A stretch of DNA of 64,000 nucleotides, taken from assembly GCA_037440025.1 (NCBI GenBank), contig JBBIUX010000002.1:15379-79378 (forward strand), written 5' to 3'. Origin of the DNA: Candidatus Fraserbacteria bacterium (lineage in GTDB: Bacteria > Bipolaricaulota > Bipolaricaulia > RBG-16-55-9 > DRXL01). Below are positions 55,618 to 64,000 of this stretch, piece by piece. The notes below the pieces were generated by a model that worked only from the letters and a program-made list of their open reading frames with translations, was not told the DNA's origin and did not search any database. How positions within the stretch are numbered: position 1 is the stretch's first letter; every line of letters begins with the position of its first letter. The translations under genes and the position numbers were made by a program.

Positions 55618-58600
55618 TTATTGATGCCCCTCTCCGTTATGCCCGCTGACCGTGCATGGGATTTGGCCTGGCCCTTTGCCGATCCATTCATCAATGAAAT
55701 CTTCCATGCGCCTTTCGTCATACGCTGTCAGTTTATCTAAACGTCCCCAGGCCGTGAGCGCGATCTGCTTGAGCTCGAGCTTGTCATACGGCGCTACAAT
55801 CAGCCGACAGTACTGCTCTGCGTCTTCTTCTTGTAAACGTTTGATGAGGTTCTCAATCCGGGTGATGGTCGCGGCGTCGGTCTCTGGGCCATACTGGATA
55901 ATAACACTGCCCCCGCGCAAGGCCCGCACTTGGAGCTCTTCAGCAATCTGCTCTTTGTGCACCCCGAAGACGACTTCTTGATCTATATAGGCCCCAGAGG
56001 TGGGCGGTATGGAGCCATAAGCCTCGTGCTCTTGCCCGGGCGAGATCGGCCCAGCAACTTCTTGAAGAGCGACCGGCATACCGGGTTTGTCATCCGGCCC
56101 TTTGCCTGTGACCTCATAGAGCATCTGCGCGACTTCGCTCGCGCGATAGTTCGGGTCTTCTGCTTTGAGCTTTTCTAACTGCTCTCTCATATCGGCCATC
56201 TTCTGTTGATTGCGGGCGATGGCCGCCAACTGATACAGTGCATCGAGCCCGTCTTCACCTAGCTTTGCGCCAGCCCCGACCAGCGAACGCTCGGCTTCGA
56301 GAATCTTTTCGTAGAGATTTTTCTTCTGGTCGTCGGTGGTCGCCACGGCGAGCCCGGACTTATAGTGATTCTTCGCTTGCTCGTACTCCGCCCGCCCGGT
56401 GGCAACCTCACCGAGGCCAATATAGGCTGCCAGCGCCTGTTGCGGCTCCGGGCCTTGTTCCAAGATCGCTGAATAATGGCGCACTGCCGACTCATAAATG
56501 TGCTGTTTTTGATATTGACGAGCTAGCTGGAAGCGCGTCTCTGCGTCTCTCGGATCAAGCTCAATGATGCGCTCGCCCAGCTGCTCTCGCAGTTCAACGG
56601 CTGCCGTGCGCTTGAAGCCTTCGCGATAATTCTTCAAAGCCTCCTCAATCTTCTCTTGCTTACGTTGAAGGTCCCCAAATGCCAGATAGGCCTCAGCCAG
56701 ATAGGGCGACTCTTTGATCACTTGAGCATATTGCTTCGTGGCTTCTTCGAGATCATTCAGGCCTTCATAGGCTCGGCCGAGCTTGAGGCGCACGTTGGGG
56801 TTGTTCTGGAGCTTGAGCGATTCCAGATAGAGATTGACGGCTCGCTCGTAGTCGTTCTTCTTGGAGGCAATATCGGCCAGCGCTGTCACCAGCCGGGGGT
56901 CATCGGACCTGCGCTCTTTGATCTCTTGCTCACGCAGTTCTGTGTACAGAGCTTCTGATTTGTCCCAGTTCTCCAACCCAAAGTGCGCTTCAGCCAGCTT
57001 CTGTTTGACGGTTCTAATGGCATCTTTATCCTTGACTGGGTCGCTTAGGGCAGCCAGTGCTTTTTCGTAGTGCTCGATGGCAGCCGTGTAGTTCTTCAGG
57101 GACATCATCAAGTGCCCGTACAGCCGGAGCGGCCCGGGGTCATTAGGAGCTAGATCAACAGCGCGTTTTGTCTGCTTGACAGCATCCGCCAAACTTTGCT
57201 CATCGCCTTCAGTAAAGAGAAAGAGCCCGTATTGATAGTACGCTTGAGCGTTTTCTGGGTCCAGTGCAATCAATTGGTCATAGAAGCTGCGATCCCCGCC
57301 GGCTGATCTTGCCGTTTCCAATAAGTGTTGGACGGCCTTTTGCGCGTACTCTTTGATCTTTTGCTCCAGCTCTTGTAGTTTTGCTTCCTTGTTCTCGACG
57401 TTCTCTTGTTTTTCTAAGTTGGCTTTCTCTTGTTCGGCTTGCCGGATTTTGACCTGATAGAGCCGGGCAACATAGTAATCCAGGTACTCGCTGAGCTTGC
57501 GCTCGCTTTCGATGAACTGGTTATTGCTCAGCAGCACCACGGGTACATCCCCCTCGGGTAGGCTCTCTTTGAGTAATTGCTCGTACGCTGCGATGGCTTC
57601 GTCAACCTTCTCTTGTTGTTCGAGTTGATAAGCCGCGATCAAGGGCAACTTGAGCTCAATCGTTGCTAACGCTTTCGTCTGCTTGAGCCATTCATTGAAG
57701 CCATCTACGCGCCGGCGCACCCTGTAATCGTTGGCCAAGCCCTCTCTGATGGTTGCTAGATTTTTTCGGTCTTCCAAGCGCACCAGAAACAGGCCCTCAG
57801 GTGTTTGAATAAGATCGCTCACTTGGCCCACCTGGAGTTTGGCGACGGCGCTTTGAAGCTCTTGGGGCAGCTCGCTGAGGGTACGATAGCCCAGATCGCC
57901 GCCGCGCTCGGCGACATCGGGGTCTTTGGAGTATTCTCTGGCGACTGCAGAGAAGCTAGCCCTCTCCACGTTGAGCTTGTCTTTGGCTTCTTGGAGCTGT
58001 TTGCGAGCAGCGATCAGTTCGTCCTCGGGAGCATCAGGAGCGATGGGAATAAAAATTCTACTCAGGCGGACGCGTTCGGGGGCTTGGCCCTGTTTGGCCG
58101 CTTCAAGCCATTGGCTCATGAGGGCATCTTCTCTCTCGCGAACCCAGTCGCGGCGCACATCGGCTTGAGCTTGCTCGAAATTGCGCACGCGCTTGTCTTC
58201 AACTTTTATCAGGTGAAACCCGAACTGTGTACGCACGGGCGCGCTCACTTTCCCAATATCCAAGGCAAAGGCGGCTTCTTCGAACTCCTTGACCATGACG
58301 CCCTTGCCAAACCAGCCCAGATCGCCGCCCTTCTCAGCGTTGCTCTTGTCGTCAGAATGCTTGGCCAGTTCAGCAAAGTCGGCTCCCTTATCAAGCTGTT
58401 TTTTGATCTCTTCGATCTTCTTCTGGGCTTCAGCGACTTTGTCTTCTGAGGCATCTTGCTCCACGCTCACGAGAATATGACGGGCTTTGACTTCAGGAGT
58501 TGCGTATTTCTCTCTGTTGGCCTCGAAGTATGCTTGCAGGTCGGCAGTCGATGGCTGCATATAGCCCAAAATATCGTTTACATAGCGCGTCTTGTTCTGT

Positions 58601-59211
58601 TCAATGAACTCCAACAACCGGGCGTCCGTAACTTCGATCTGGCCAGCGACAGCTTCTTCCAGAGCTTCTTCTTTGAGGGTAGCTGTCACCTGCTCGCGCA
58701 TCTGTCGCTGATAGGCCGTCAGGGAGGTGTTATATTGTTCCTTCAATAATCGCGCCAGCTCCTTCTCGTCAATACCGTAACGCTGGCGCAGCATCACCAA
58801 AAAATTGTCATATTCTTGCTGGTACTGCTCGTTGATCTTTTTTGAAGGGACGCTGATAAGCCGTTTCTTGGCTTCGATCTCTTTGAGCGTCTTTTCGATG
58901 AGCCGATCTACAGCCTGGGCGCGCCACTGGAGCTGCCGATAGGCCCCCTCCGGACCATCCAGGGCTCTCCCCATATCTTGATTGAACTGGCGTTGCTCGT
59001 TCAAGATCTCTAAATATGCCCGCTCGTATTGCGCCTTGCTCACTTTCTCTCCATTGACAACAAGAACGGTCTCTTCAGCCGGAGGAGTACGTGTACCGGG
59101 GTTGAACCCTCCCGGCGTGAAGATCACAAAGGCTCCAGCCACGAAACTAATGACAACCGCCCAGATCACGTACTTTCCGTATTTTTCAACAAGCCGACGA
59201 ATCGTGCGCAT
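55618..59211 (-). CDS. Membrane-anchored SurA-N/parvulin PPIase fused to TPRs and a DUF3105-like domain
   Basis: VNGEKV; VKARHILV...GGDLGWF...FGFHLIKV; second parvulin domain; many TPRs; PPTSG...ALTAWG. Confidence 0.88.
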   Translation of the reverse strand: MRTIRRLVEKYGKYVIWAVVISFVAGAFVIFTPGGFNPGTRTPPAEETVLVVNGEKVSKAQYERAYLEILNEQRQFNQDMGRALDGPEGAYRQLQWRAQAVDRLIEKTLKEIEAKKRLISVPSKKINEQYQQEYDNFLVMLRQRYGIDEKELARLLKEQYNTSLTAYQRQMREQVTATLKEEALEEAVAGQIEVTDARLLEFIEQNKTRYVNDILGYMQPSTADLQAYFEANREKYATPEVKARHILVSVEQDASEDKVAEAQKKIEEIKKQLDKGADFAELAKHSDDKSNAEKGGDLGWFGKGVMVKEFEEAAFALDIGKVSAPVRTQFGFHLIKVEDKRVRNFEQAQADVRRDWVREREDALMSQWLEAAKQGQAPERVRLSRIFIPIAPDAPEDELIAARKQLQEAKDKLNVERASFSAVAREYSKDPDVAERGGDLGYRTLSELPQELQSAVAKLQVGQVSDLIQTPEGLFLVRLEDRKNLATIREGLANDYRVRRRVDGFNEWLKQTKALATIELKLPLIAAYQLEQQEKVDEAIAAYEQLLKESLPEGDVPVVLLSNNQFIESERKLSEYLDYYVARLYQVKIRQAEQEKANLEKQENVENKEAKLQELEQKIKEYAQKAVQHLLETARSAGGDRSFYDQLIALDPENAQAYYQYGLFLFTEGDEQSLADAVKQTKRAVDLAPNDPGPLRLYGHLMMSLKNYTAAIEHYEKALAALSDPVKDKDAIRTVKQKLAEAHFGLENWDKSEALYTELREQEIKERRSDDPRLVTALADIASKKNDYERAVNLYLESLKLQNNPNVRLKLGRAYEGLNDLEEATKQYAQVIKESPYLAEAYLAFGDLQRKQEKIEEALKNYREGFKRTAAVELREQLGERIIELDPRDAETRFQLARQYQKQHIYESAVRHYSAILEQGPEPQQALAAYIGLGEVATGRAEYEQAKNHYKSGLAVATTDDQKKNLYEKILEAERSLVGAGAKLGEDGLDALYQLAAIARNQQKMADMREQLEKLKAEDPNYRASEVAQMLYEVTGKGPDDKPGMPVALQEVAGPISPGQEHEAYGSIPPTSGAYIDQEVVFGVHKEQIAEELQVRALRGGSVIIQYGPETDAATITRIENLIKRLQEEDAEQYCRLIVAPYDKLELKQIALTAWGRLDKLTAYDERRMEDFIDEWIGKGPGQIPCTVSGHNGEGHQ

Positions 59212-59332
59212 GTTCTACCTCACCTCAGAGTGTAATTACAAAAGAATATCGTGACAACGGTAATCACTTCGTGATTTCTTCAGGTGCTTGCTGTCCTTGT
59301 ATAATAAACCCTTGGTGGTGATCTGTCAAGCG

Positions 59333-59941
59333 ATGCGCGCGATTTCTTTTGGCCTTTTGTTCATCAGCCTGCTCGGCGTTTTGGGAAGTAGCCAGCCAGA
59401 AGCAGTAACCGTCGTACTAGACGCCGGGCACGGTGGAGACGACACGGGCGGGATCGGCTTGAACGGTCTGGTCGAGAAGGATACAGTTCTTCAGATCGCC
59501 CATCTGATCGCGATGGAAGCCGCCAGTGTCCCCTATATCAAAATTGTGCTGACCAGGAGCGACGATCGGTATCTATCGCCTGCCGAGCGGCTGGTGCTTG
59601 CGCAAGGGGCTGATCTATTGATCAGTCTGCACTTGGATTTCTCGTATGATCCGCGGGTGCGAGGGGTCACGGCGTTCGTGCCGGCGCGTGCCGAAGCCTC
59701 AGCGCAGGACTTGGCAGCAATCCTACGCAAGCACCTCACTTCAGCAACGAAAGCACCTGATTTGGGAACCCGGACGGCCCCTCTATGGCTGCGACGGCTT
59801 TCTATTCCTGCCGTTCAGTTGAATTTAGGGTTCGTGACCAACCCCGACGAAGCACGCAAATTGAGGCAGCTCAGCCATCAAACGCGGCTAGCCAGAGCTA
59901 TTCTAGAAGGGGTGCAAGAATTCGCTATGCAGGTCCAATAG
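59333..59941 (+). CDS. N-acetylmuramoyl-L-alanine amidase (Amidase_3)-like protein
   Basis: VLDAGHGG, EKD, LTRSDD, ISLH, LGFVTN. Confidence 0.85.
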   Translation: MRAISFGLLFISLLGVLGSSQPEAVTVVLDAGHGGDDTGGIGLNGLVEKDTVLQIAHLIAMEAASVPYIKIVLTRSDDRYLSPAERLVLAQGADLLISLHLDFSYDPRVRGVTAFVPARAEASAQDLAAILRKHLTSATKAPDLGTRTAPLWLRRLSIPAVQLNLGFVTNPDEARKLRQLSHQTRLARAILEGVQEFAMQVQ

Positions 59942-59978
59942 CAAGCTCTCTGAGTGCTGTTGCGCATAGCATCTCGGA

Positions 59979-60332
59979 CTAACTCACCCACATCAATCGT
60001 GCTAAGTCCGCCCTGTCGCCCTGGCGTGGCGGCAGTTTTAATATGCGCGTGTAGCCGCCAGCACGCCCTTGAAATTTTGGCCCCACCTCGTCAAAGAGCT
60101 TGTCCGTCAACGTTGGGTCTTGCAAGATCGAGAACGCCAGACGACGAGCGTGCAGGTCATTGCGCTTGGCCCACGTAATGAGACGCTCAGCCAAGCGCGC
60201 ACTCTCCTTGGCGCGCGCGACCGTTGTGTCCACCTTCCCGTGATCAATCAGTTCTTTCACTAAATTTGCGAGCATCAACCGGCGATGCTCCGGGTCCCGA
60301 TTGAGCTTGCGCAATTTCTTCCTGTGCCACAT
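59979..60332 (-). CDS. rplQ: 50S ribosomal protein L17
   Basis: HRKKLRKLNR...TTVARAKE...GGYTRI. Confidence 0.97.
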   Translation of the reverse strand: MWHRKKLRKLNRDPEHRRLMLANLVKELIDHGKVDTTVARAKESARLAERLITWAKRNDLHARRLAFSILQDPTLTDKLFDEVGPKFQGRAGGYTRILKLPPRQGDRADLARLMWVS

Positions 60333-60338
60333 AGATTC

Positions 60339-61265
60339 TCAACTCCGTTTGACCGAGCTTTTGAGCTGATACCCTAGCTCTTCCACGCGCTCGATCACTT
60401 TGAGCAATGTCTTCTCGCCAAAGCCGTGAATATCTTTCAGCTCTTCGTGAGACTTTTGCAGCAGGTCTTTCAGAGTAATAACGCCTTTGTTCTCCAGCAA
60501 ATTACAGGCGCGCTTGTCGAAATCGAGCTCTTCTAATCGCTTGCTGAGCTCTTCGGGTTCGACGACCGCTGCCTCGGCTGCACCGACCGGCAACGCAAAG
60601 AGCTCAAAATGCCCGATCAGAATTTGCGATGACTGTTGCAGAGCCTCTTCAGGACGAATGCCGCCGTTCGTCTCGATCTCCAGAATGAGGCGATCGTAAT
60701 CGGTGCGCTCACCTACACGCGTCGGCTCGACTTTAAAATTCACGCGCTTGACCGGCGAGAAATCCGAGTCAACAGCGATAATGCCCAACGGCATATCGCC
60801 CCTTTTGTTGCGTTCCGCCGATCGGTAACCAAATCCGGGTTCGACCTCCATGTCGAGAACCAGCTTGCCCTTTTGGTCTACCGTAGCAATCACATGGTCA
60901 GGGTTCATCACTTCGAGGCCACGGGGTAATTCCATATCTCCCGCGCTGATCACGCCAGCGCCTTCGTGCTGAATGTACAAGTGCTTCGGCTCGCCGTCGG
61001 TCAGGCGGAAGGCAACCCCTCTCAGGTTCAGAATGATCTCCAAAACGCTCTCCTGCACGCCCTCAATCGTATCGTACTCGTGATACTTCCCATCGAAGCG
61101 TACCCGCGTGACCGCTGCTCCCGGAATGGAAGAGAGCAGAACCCGCCGCAACGCATTCCCCATCGTCGTTCCATACCCACGCTCGAGCGGCTCGACCACG
61201 AAGACGCCCCGGCTGGGAGTTAACTCGTCCACCCTGATCTTCGGCTTCACTAACTCTGCCCGCAT
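60339..61265 (-). CDS. rpoA: RNA polymerase alpha subunit
   Basis: EPLERGYGTTMGNALRRVLLSS. Confidence 0.98.
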   Translation of the reverse strand: MRAELVKPKIRVDELTPSRGVFVVEPLERGYGTTMGNALRRVLLSSIPGAAVTRVRFDGKYHEYDTIEGVQESVLEIILNLRGVAFRLTDGEPKHLYIQHEGAGVISAGDMELPRGLEVMNPDHVIATVDQKGKLVLDMEVEPGFGYRSAERNKRGDMPLGIIAVDSDFSPVKRVNFKVEPTRVGERTDYDRLILEIETNGGIRPEEALQQSSQILIGHFELFALPVGAAEAAVVEPEELSKRLEELDFDKRACNLLENKGVITLKDLLQKSHEELKDIHGFGEKTLLKVIERVEELGYQLKSSVKRS

Positions 61266-61302
61266 ATTCCCCCTTGCACTCTTTCGGACTCTGACACTGT
61301 AA

Positions 61303-61923
61303 CTAGCGTGAGTAGAACTCGACGATCAGGTTCATTTGCAGCTTGTGCTCTAGCTGATCCACCTTCGGTCGGTCGAGCACTTGGAGGCGGCCATCGGCGC
61401 GTTCTAACCATGTCGGTATGGACGGTCGCCCCTTTGCTTCAACGAGCGTTTTGATCCCGGGTTTTTGAGCGACATGGGGCTTGAGAGAGACAATATCCCC
61501 AGGTCGTACCAAGAACGACGGCATATTAACGCTGCGGTCGTTCACAGAAAAGTGTCCATGCGTCACAAGCTGGCGGGCCTGATCTCGCGATGTTGCCAAG
61601 CCCCCGCGATAGACGACATTGTCCAAACGTCGCTCCAAAAGCTCTAACAAGAAATCTCCGGTGACGCCTTTCACGCGCTTGGCTCGCTCAACGTAGCGGC
61701 GAAACTGTTCCTCGCGCAGGCCGTAGAGCCGCTTGACTTTCTGCTTTTCCCGTAAGTGAATTCCATATTGACTCATCTTGCCAAACTTGCGTTGGTGCAT
61801 ACCAGGCGCGTACGGTCTTCGATCCACGGGGCATTTCTCTGTATAGCATTTCTCGCCCTTGAGAAAGAGCTTTTCCCCTTCTCTTCGGCACAATCGGCAC
61901 TTCGCTCCTGTATAGCGTCCCAT
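61303..61923 (-). CDS. rpsD: 30S ribosomal protein S4 (Zn-type)
   Basis: [25 protein letters not shown]. Confidence 0.98.
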   Translation of the reverse strand: MGRYTGAKCRLCRREGEKLFLKGEKCYTEKCPVDRRPYAPGMHQRKFGKMSQYGIHLREKQKVKRLYGLREEQFRRYVERAKRVKGVTGDFLLELLERRLDNVVYRGGLATSRDQARQLVTHGHFSVNDRSVNMPSFLVRPGDIVSLKPHVAQKPGIKTLVEAKGRPSIPTWLERADGRLQVLDRPKVDQLEHKLQMNLIVEFYSR

Positions 61924-61957
61924 ACTCCTCCATTCAGAATAAAGAGCTCATATCCAT

Positions 61958-62302
61958 TCAATGCATATGGTGGTCTGTACTGTGCGAGACCGGGGTGACG
62001 TTCTTGACATCTTCCACACGAATACCAGACCCTTTGATAGTGTTCACCACGGAGTTCCGACCTTGGCCTGTCCCGTTGATGGTCACCACCAACGATCGAA
62101 TGCCAAATTCTCGCATCTTGGCGAGCAGGGCTTCACAGGCCAGCTGGGCTGCGTAGGGTGTCCCCTTCTTGCTGCCTTTGAAGCCGCGCGTGCCGGGGCT
62201 GGTCCAAGCCAGGACATGTCCTTCCAGATCAGTCAGCGTCAAAATAGTATTATTAAACGTCGAATGCACGTGGAGTCGTGCACGATCTACTTTGCGGGCC
62301 AC
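61958..62302 (-). CDS. rpsK: 30S ribosomal protein S11 (atypical C-terminus)
   Basis: HSTFNNTI, GFKGSKKGTPYAAQ; position between rpsM and rpsD. Confidence 0.95.
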   Translation of the reverse strand: MARKVDRARLHVHSTFNNTILTLTDLEGHVLAWTSPGTRGFKGSKKGTPYAAQLACEALLAKMREFGIRSLVVTINGTGQGRNSVVNTIKGSGIRVEDVKNVTPVSHSTDHHMH

Positions 62303-62317
62303 AAGATCACCTCGCTC

Positions 62318-62686
62318 TCACTTGCGTTTGCCGGCCTTAGCCGGGCGCGGGCCCTTCCAAGTACGGGCGTTGCTGCGCGTCTTCTGGCCGCGCACCGGCA
62401 ACCCCACTGTATGCCGCACACCGCGATAACACTTGATCGTTTTCAACCGAGCAATGTCGTTCTGCACTTTTCTCTTCAGATCGCCCTCAACTTGGTATTT
62501 GGCCTCAATCTCTTTGCGCAGGGCAGTGATCTCTTGCTCCGTTAAGTCACGCACTTTTTTATCCATATTTATTTTTGTCTGCTGCAATATGGTGCGTGAC
62601 AGCGGATGTCCGATCCCGTAAATATACGTCAGCGCGATTTCGATACGCTTATTGTTGGGCAAATCAATGCCGGCAATTCTTGCCAT
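62318..62686 (-). CDS. rpsM: 30S ribosomal protein S13
   Basis: [25 protein letters not shown]. Confidence 0.98.
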   Translation of the reverse strand: MARIAGIDLPNNKRIEIALTYIYGIGHPLSRTILQQTKINMDKKVRDLTEQEITALRKEIEAKYQVEGDLKRKVQNDIARLKTIKCYRGVRHTVGLPVRGQKTRSNARTWKGPRPAKAGKRK

Positions 62687-62701
62687 GCCAAAACCTCCTC
62701 G

Positions 62702-62818
62702 TTAGCACCCCTGCCGTTGCTTGTGCTTGGGGTTCTTACAAATCACCAGCACACGTCCACGGCGACGCACAATCTTACACGAATCACAGATCTTCTTAAC
62801 GGAACTTCGCACTTTCAT
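62702..62818 (-). CDS. rpmJ: 50S ribosomal protein L36
   Basis: Hand translation [38 protein letters not shown]; SD GAGGTGA. Confidence 0.97.
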   Translation of the reverse strand: MKVRSSVKKICDSCKIVRRRGRVLVICKNPKHKQRQGC

Positions 62819-62859
62819 TTTCAGATCACCTCTTCTGTAGAGGCATGGCGATCCTGTCC

Positions 62860-63075
62860 CTACTCGCGATAGACAATCCGACCGTGACTGAGATCGTAGG
62901 GCGAAAACTCGACGGTCACTGTGTCGCCGGGCAGGATTTTAATATAGTGCTTGCGGATCCGCCCAGAAATGTGACAGAGCGCCTCCGTGCCGTTCTCGAA
63001 CCGCACACGGAACATCGAGTTCGGATACGCCTCTAGAACTTCGCCGCGGCGCTTGATAAATTCACCCTTGCTAAT
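62860..63075 (-). CDS. infA: Translation initiation factor IF-1 (ATT start)
   Basis: Hand translation (M)[28 protein letters not shown]...[37 protein letters not shown]. Confidence 0.95.
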   Translation of the reverse strand: MSKGEFIKRRGEVLEAYPNSMFRVRFENGTEALCHISGRIRKHYIKILPGDTVTVEFSPYDLSHGRIVYRE

Positions 63076-63082
63076 AAAGAAC

Positions 63083-63904
63083 TCACCTCGACATTGCTAC
63101 GTGAGATGCTTCTGATTCAAAAATCCCCAACCCCAAGAGATCTGGGGAAGAGTTTTCTCTAACCAAGACCATAGCTTCAAAATGAGCTGCTGCTGTCGCT
63201 CCCGGTGCGACAGCTGTCCAGTCGTCATCTTGCACTTCGATCTCCATAAGTTCTCTATCACTGTTGGCCACCATCGGCTCGATGCAGATGACCATGCCCT
63301 GTCGGAGAAGAGGACCCTGCCCGGGTGAGCCATAGTTGGGCACTTGGGGCGCTTCGTGCATCTCCCGCCCGATCCCGTGCCCCACAAAGTTCGTCGCCAC
63401 AGAAAGCCCCCGACCGTTGACATAGCGTTGGATAGCGTGTGAGATATCGCCTACTCTGGAGCCCTCTTTGGCACAGCGTATGCCTTCCCAGAGGGCTTCT
63501 TGGGCCGTCTGAACCACAAGTCGCTCTACTGCTGAGCGAGGCTCGTCTTCGACGATCACCGTCGTAGCCAAATCTGCACAGAATCCCTGACGCACCATGC
63601 CGATATCAATGGAGAGCACATCGCCGGGCTTGAGAACCCGGTCGGCCCGCGGGATGCCGTGCACGACCTCTGCGTTGAGCGATGTGCAGATATTCGCTGG
63701 GTATATATGCTTCCCCACGCGATACCCCTTGAAAGACGGCTTGCCGCCGATCTCTGTAAGAAGCCGTTCAGCCGTTCTATCGAGATGCAATGTTGAGACA
63801 CCCGCACGGACTTCTTCGATCAATCGTCGCAAAATCGCTTGCAATAACTGGGCGTTCTCGCGCAAAATCGCGATCTCCGCTTCGTTCTTTATCTTGATCG
63901 CCAT
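63083..63904 (-). CDS. map: Type I methionine aminopeptidase
   Basis: [32 protein letters not shown]. Confidence 0.96.
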   Translation of the reverse strand: MAIKIKNEAEIAILRENAQLLQAILRRLIEEVRAGVSTLHLDRTAERLLTEIGGKPSFKGYRVGKHIYPANICTSLNAEVVHGIPRADRVLKPGDVLSIDIGMVRQGFCADLATTVIVEDEPRSAVERLVVQTAQEALWEGIRCAKEGSRVGDISHAIQRYVNGRGLSVATNFVGHGIGREMHEAPQVPNYGSPGQGPLLRQGMVICIEPMVANSDRELMEIEVQDDDWTAVAPGATAAAHFEAMVLVRENSSPDLLGLGIFESEASHVAMSR

Positions 63905-63906
63905 AG

Positions 63907-64000
63907 TTACTCCAGCGCCCGCTGGGCTGCTTGGTACACTGACTCCACATCGCCCTGGGCATTGACCTCTCGCAAGACACTTCGACTTCGATAAAACTCA
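63907..64000 (-). CDS. adk: Adenylate kinase, C-terminal fragment
   Basis: EFYRSRSVLREVNAQGDVESVYQAAQRALE*; canonical position upstream of map. Confidence 0.8.
   Translation of the reverse strand, partial: EFYRSRSVLREVNAQGDVESVYQAAQRALE

Overview
Mostly core-genome window from a bacterium of moderately high GC. The gene content and style suggest Bipolaricaulota (Acetothermia/OP1); this is an inference, not proven here. It contains the distal S10-spc-alpha ribosomal cluster (adk end, map, infA, rpmJ, rpsM, rpsK, rpsD, rpoA, rplQ), rplU-prp-rpmA-obgE, metG, smpB, rpmF, dtd and gpmI. It also holds 7 tRNAs (including all three CAT-anticodon types), two peptide ABC clusters, a split branched-chain ABC system, two TA modules (hicBA, phd-vapC) and a five-gene envelope cluster with predicted beta-barrels. 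Several families of short palindromic repeats are present; no CRISPR, rRNA, integrase or transposase was seen. Most notable observations: (i) a membrane-anchored zinc anti-sigma (ZAS)-like gene coupled to a 149-aa partner that is not a recognisable ECF sigma; (ii) co-occurring translation-initiation oddities (infA with an AUU start, metG with no canonical start, uS11 lacking its basic C-tail, fMet tRNA with U1-A72); (iii) a palindromic repeat inserted in frame in a LutB-like gene; (iv) an Sm/SH3-like insert inside an OppD ATPase; (v) an integrase-free hicBA islet bounded by a duplicated tRNA-Ala 3' end. All family calls come from motif recognition by eye; no database search was run.
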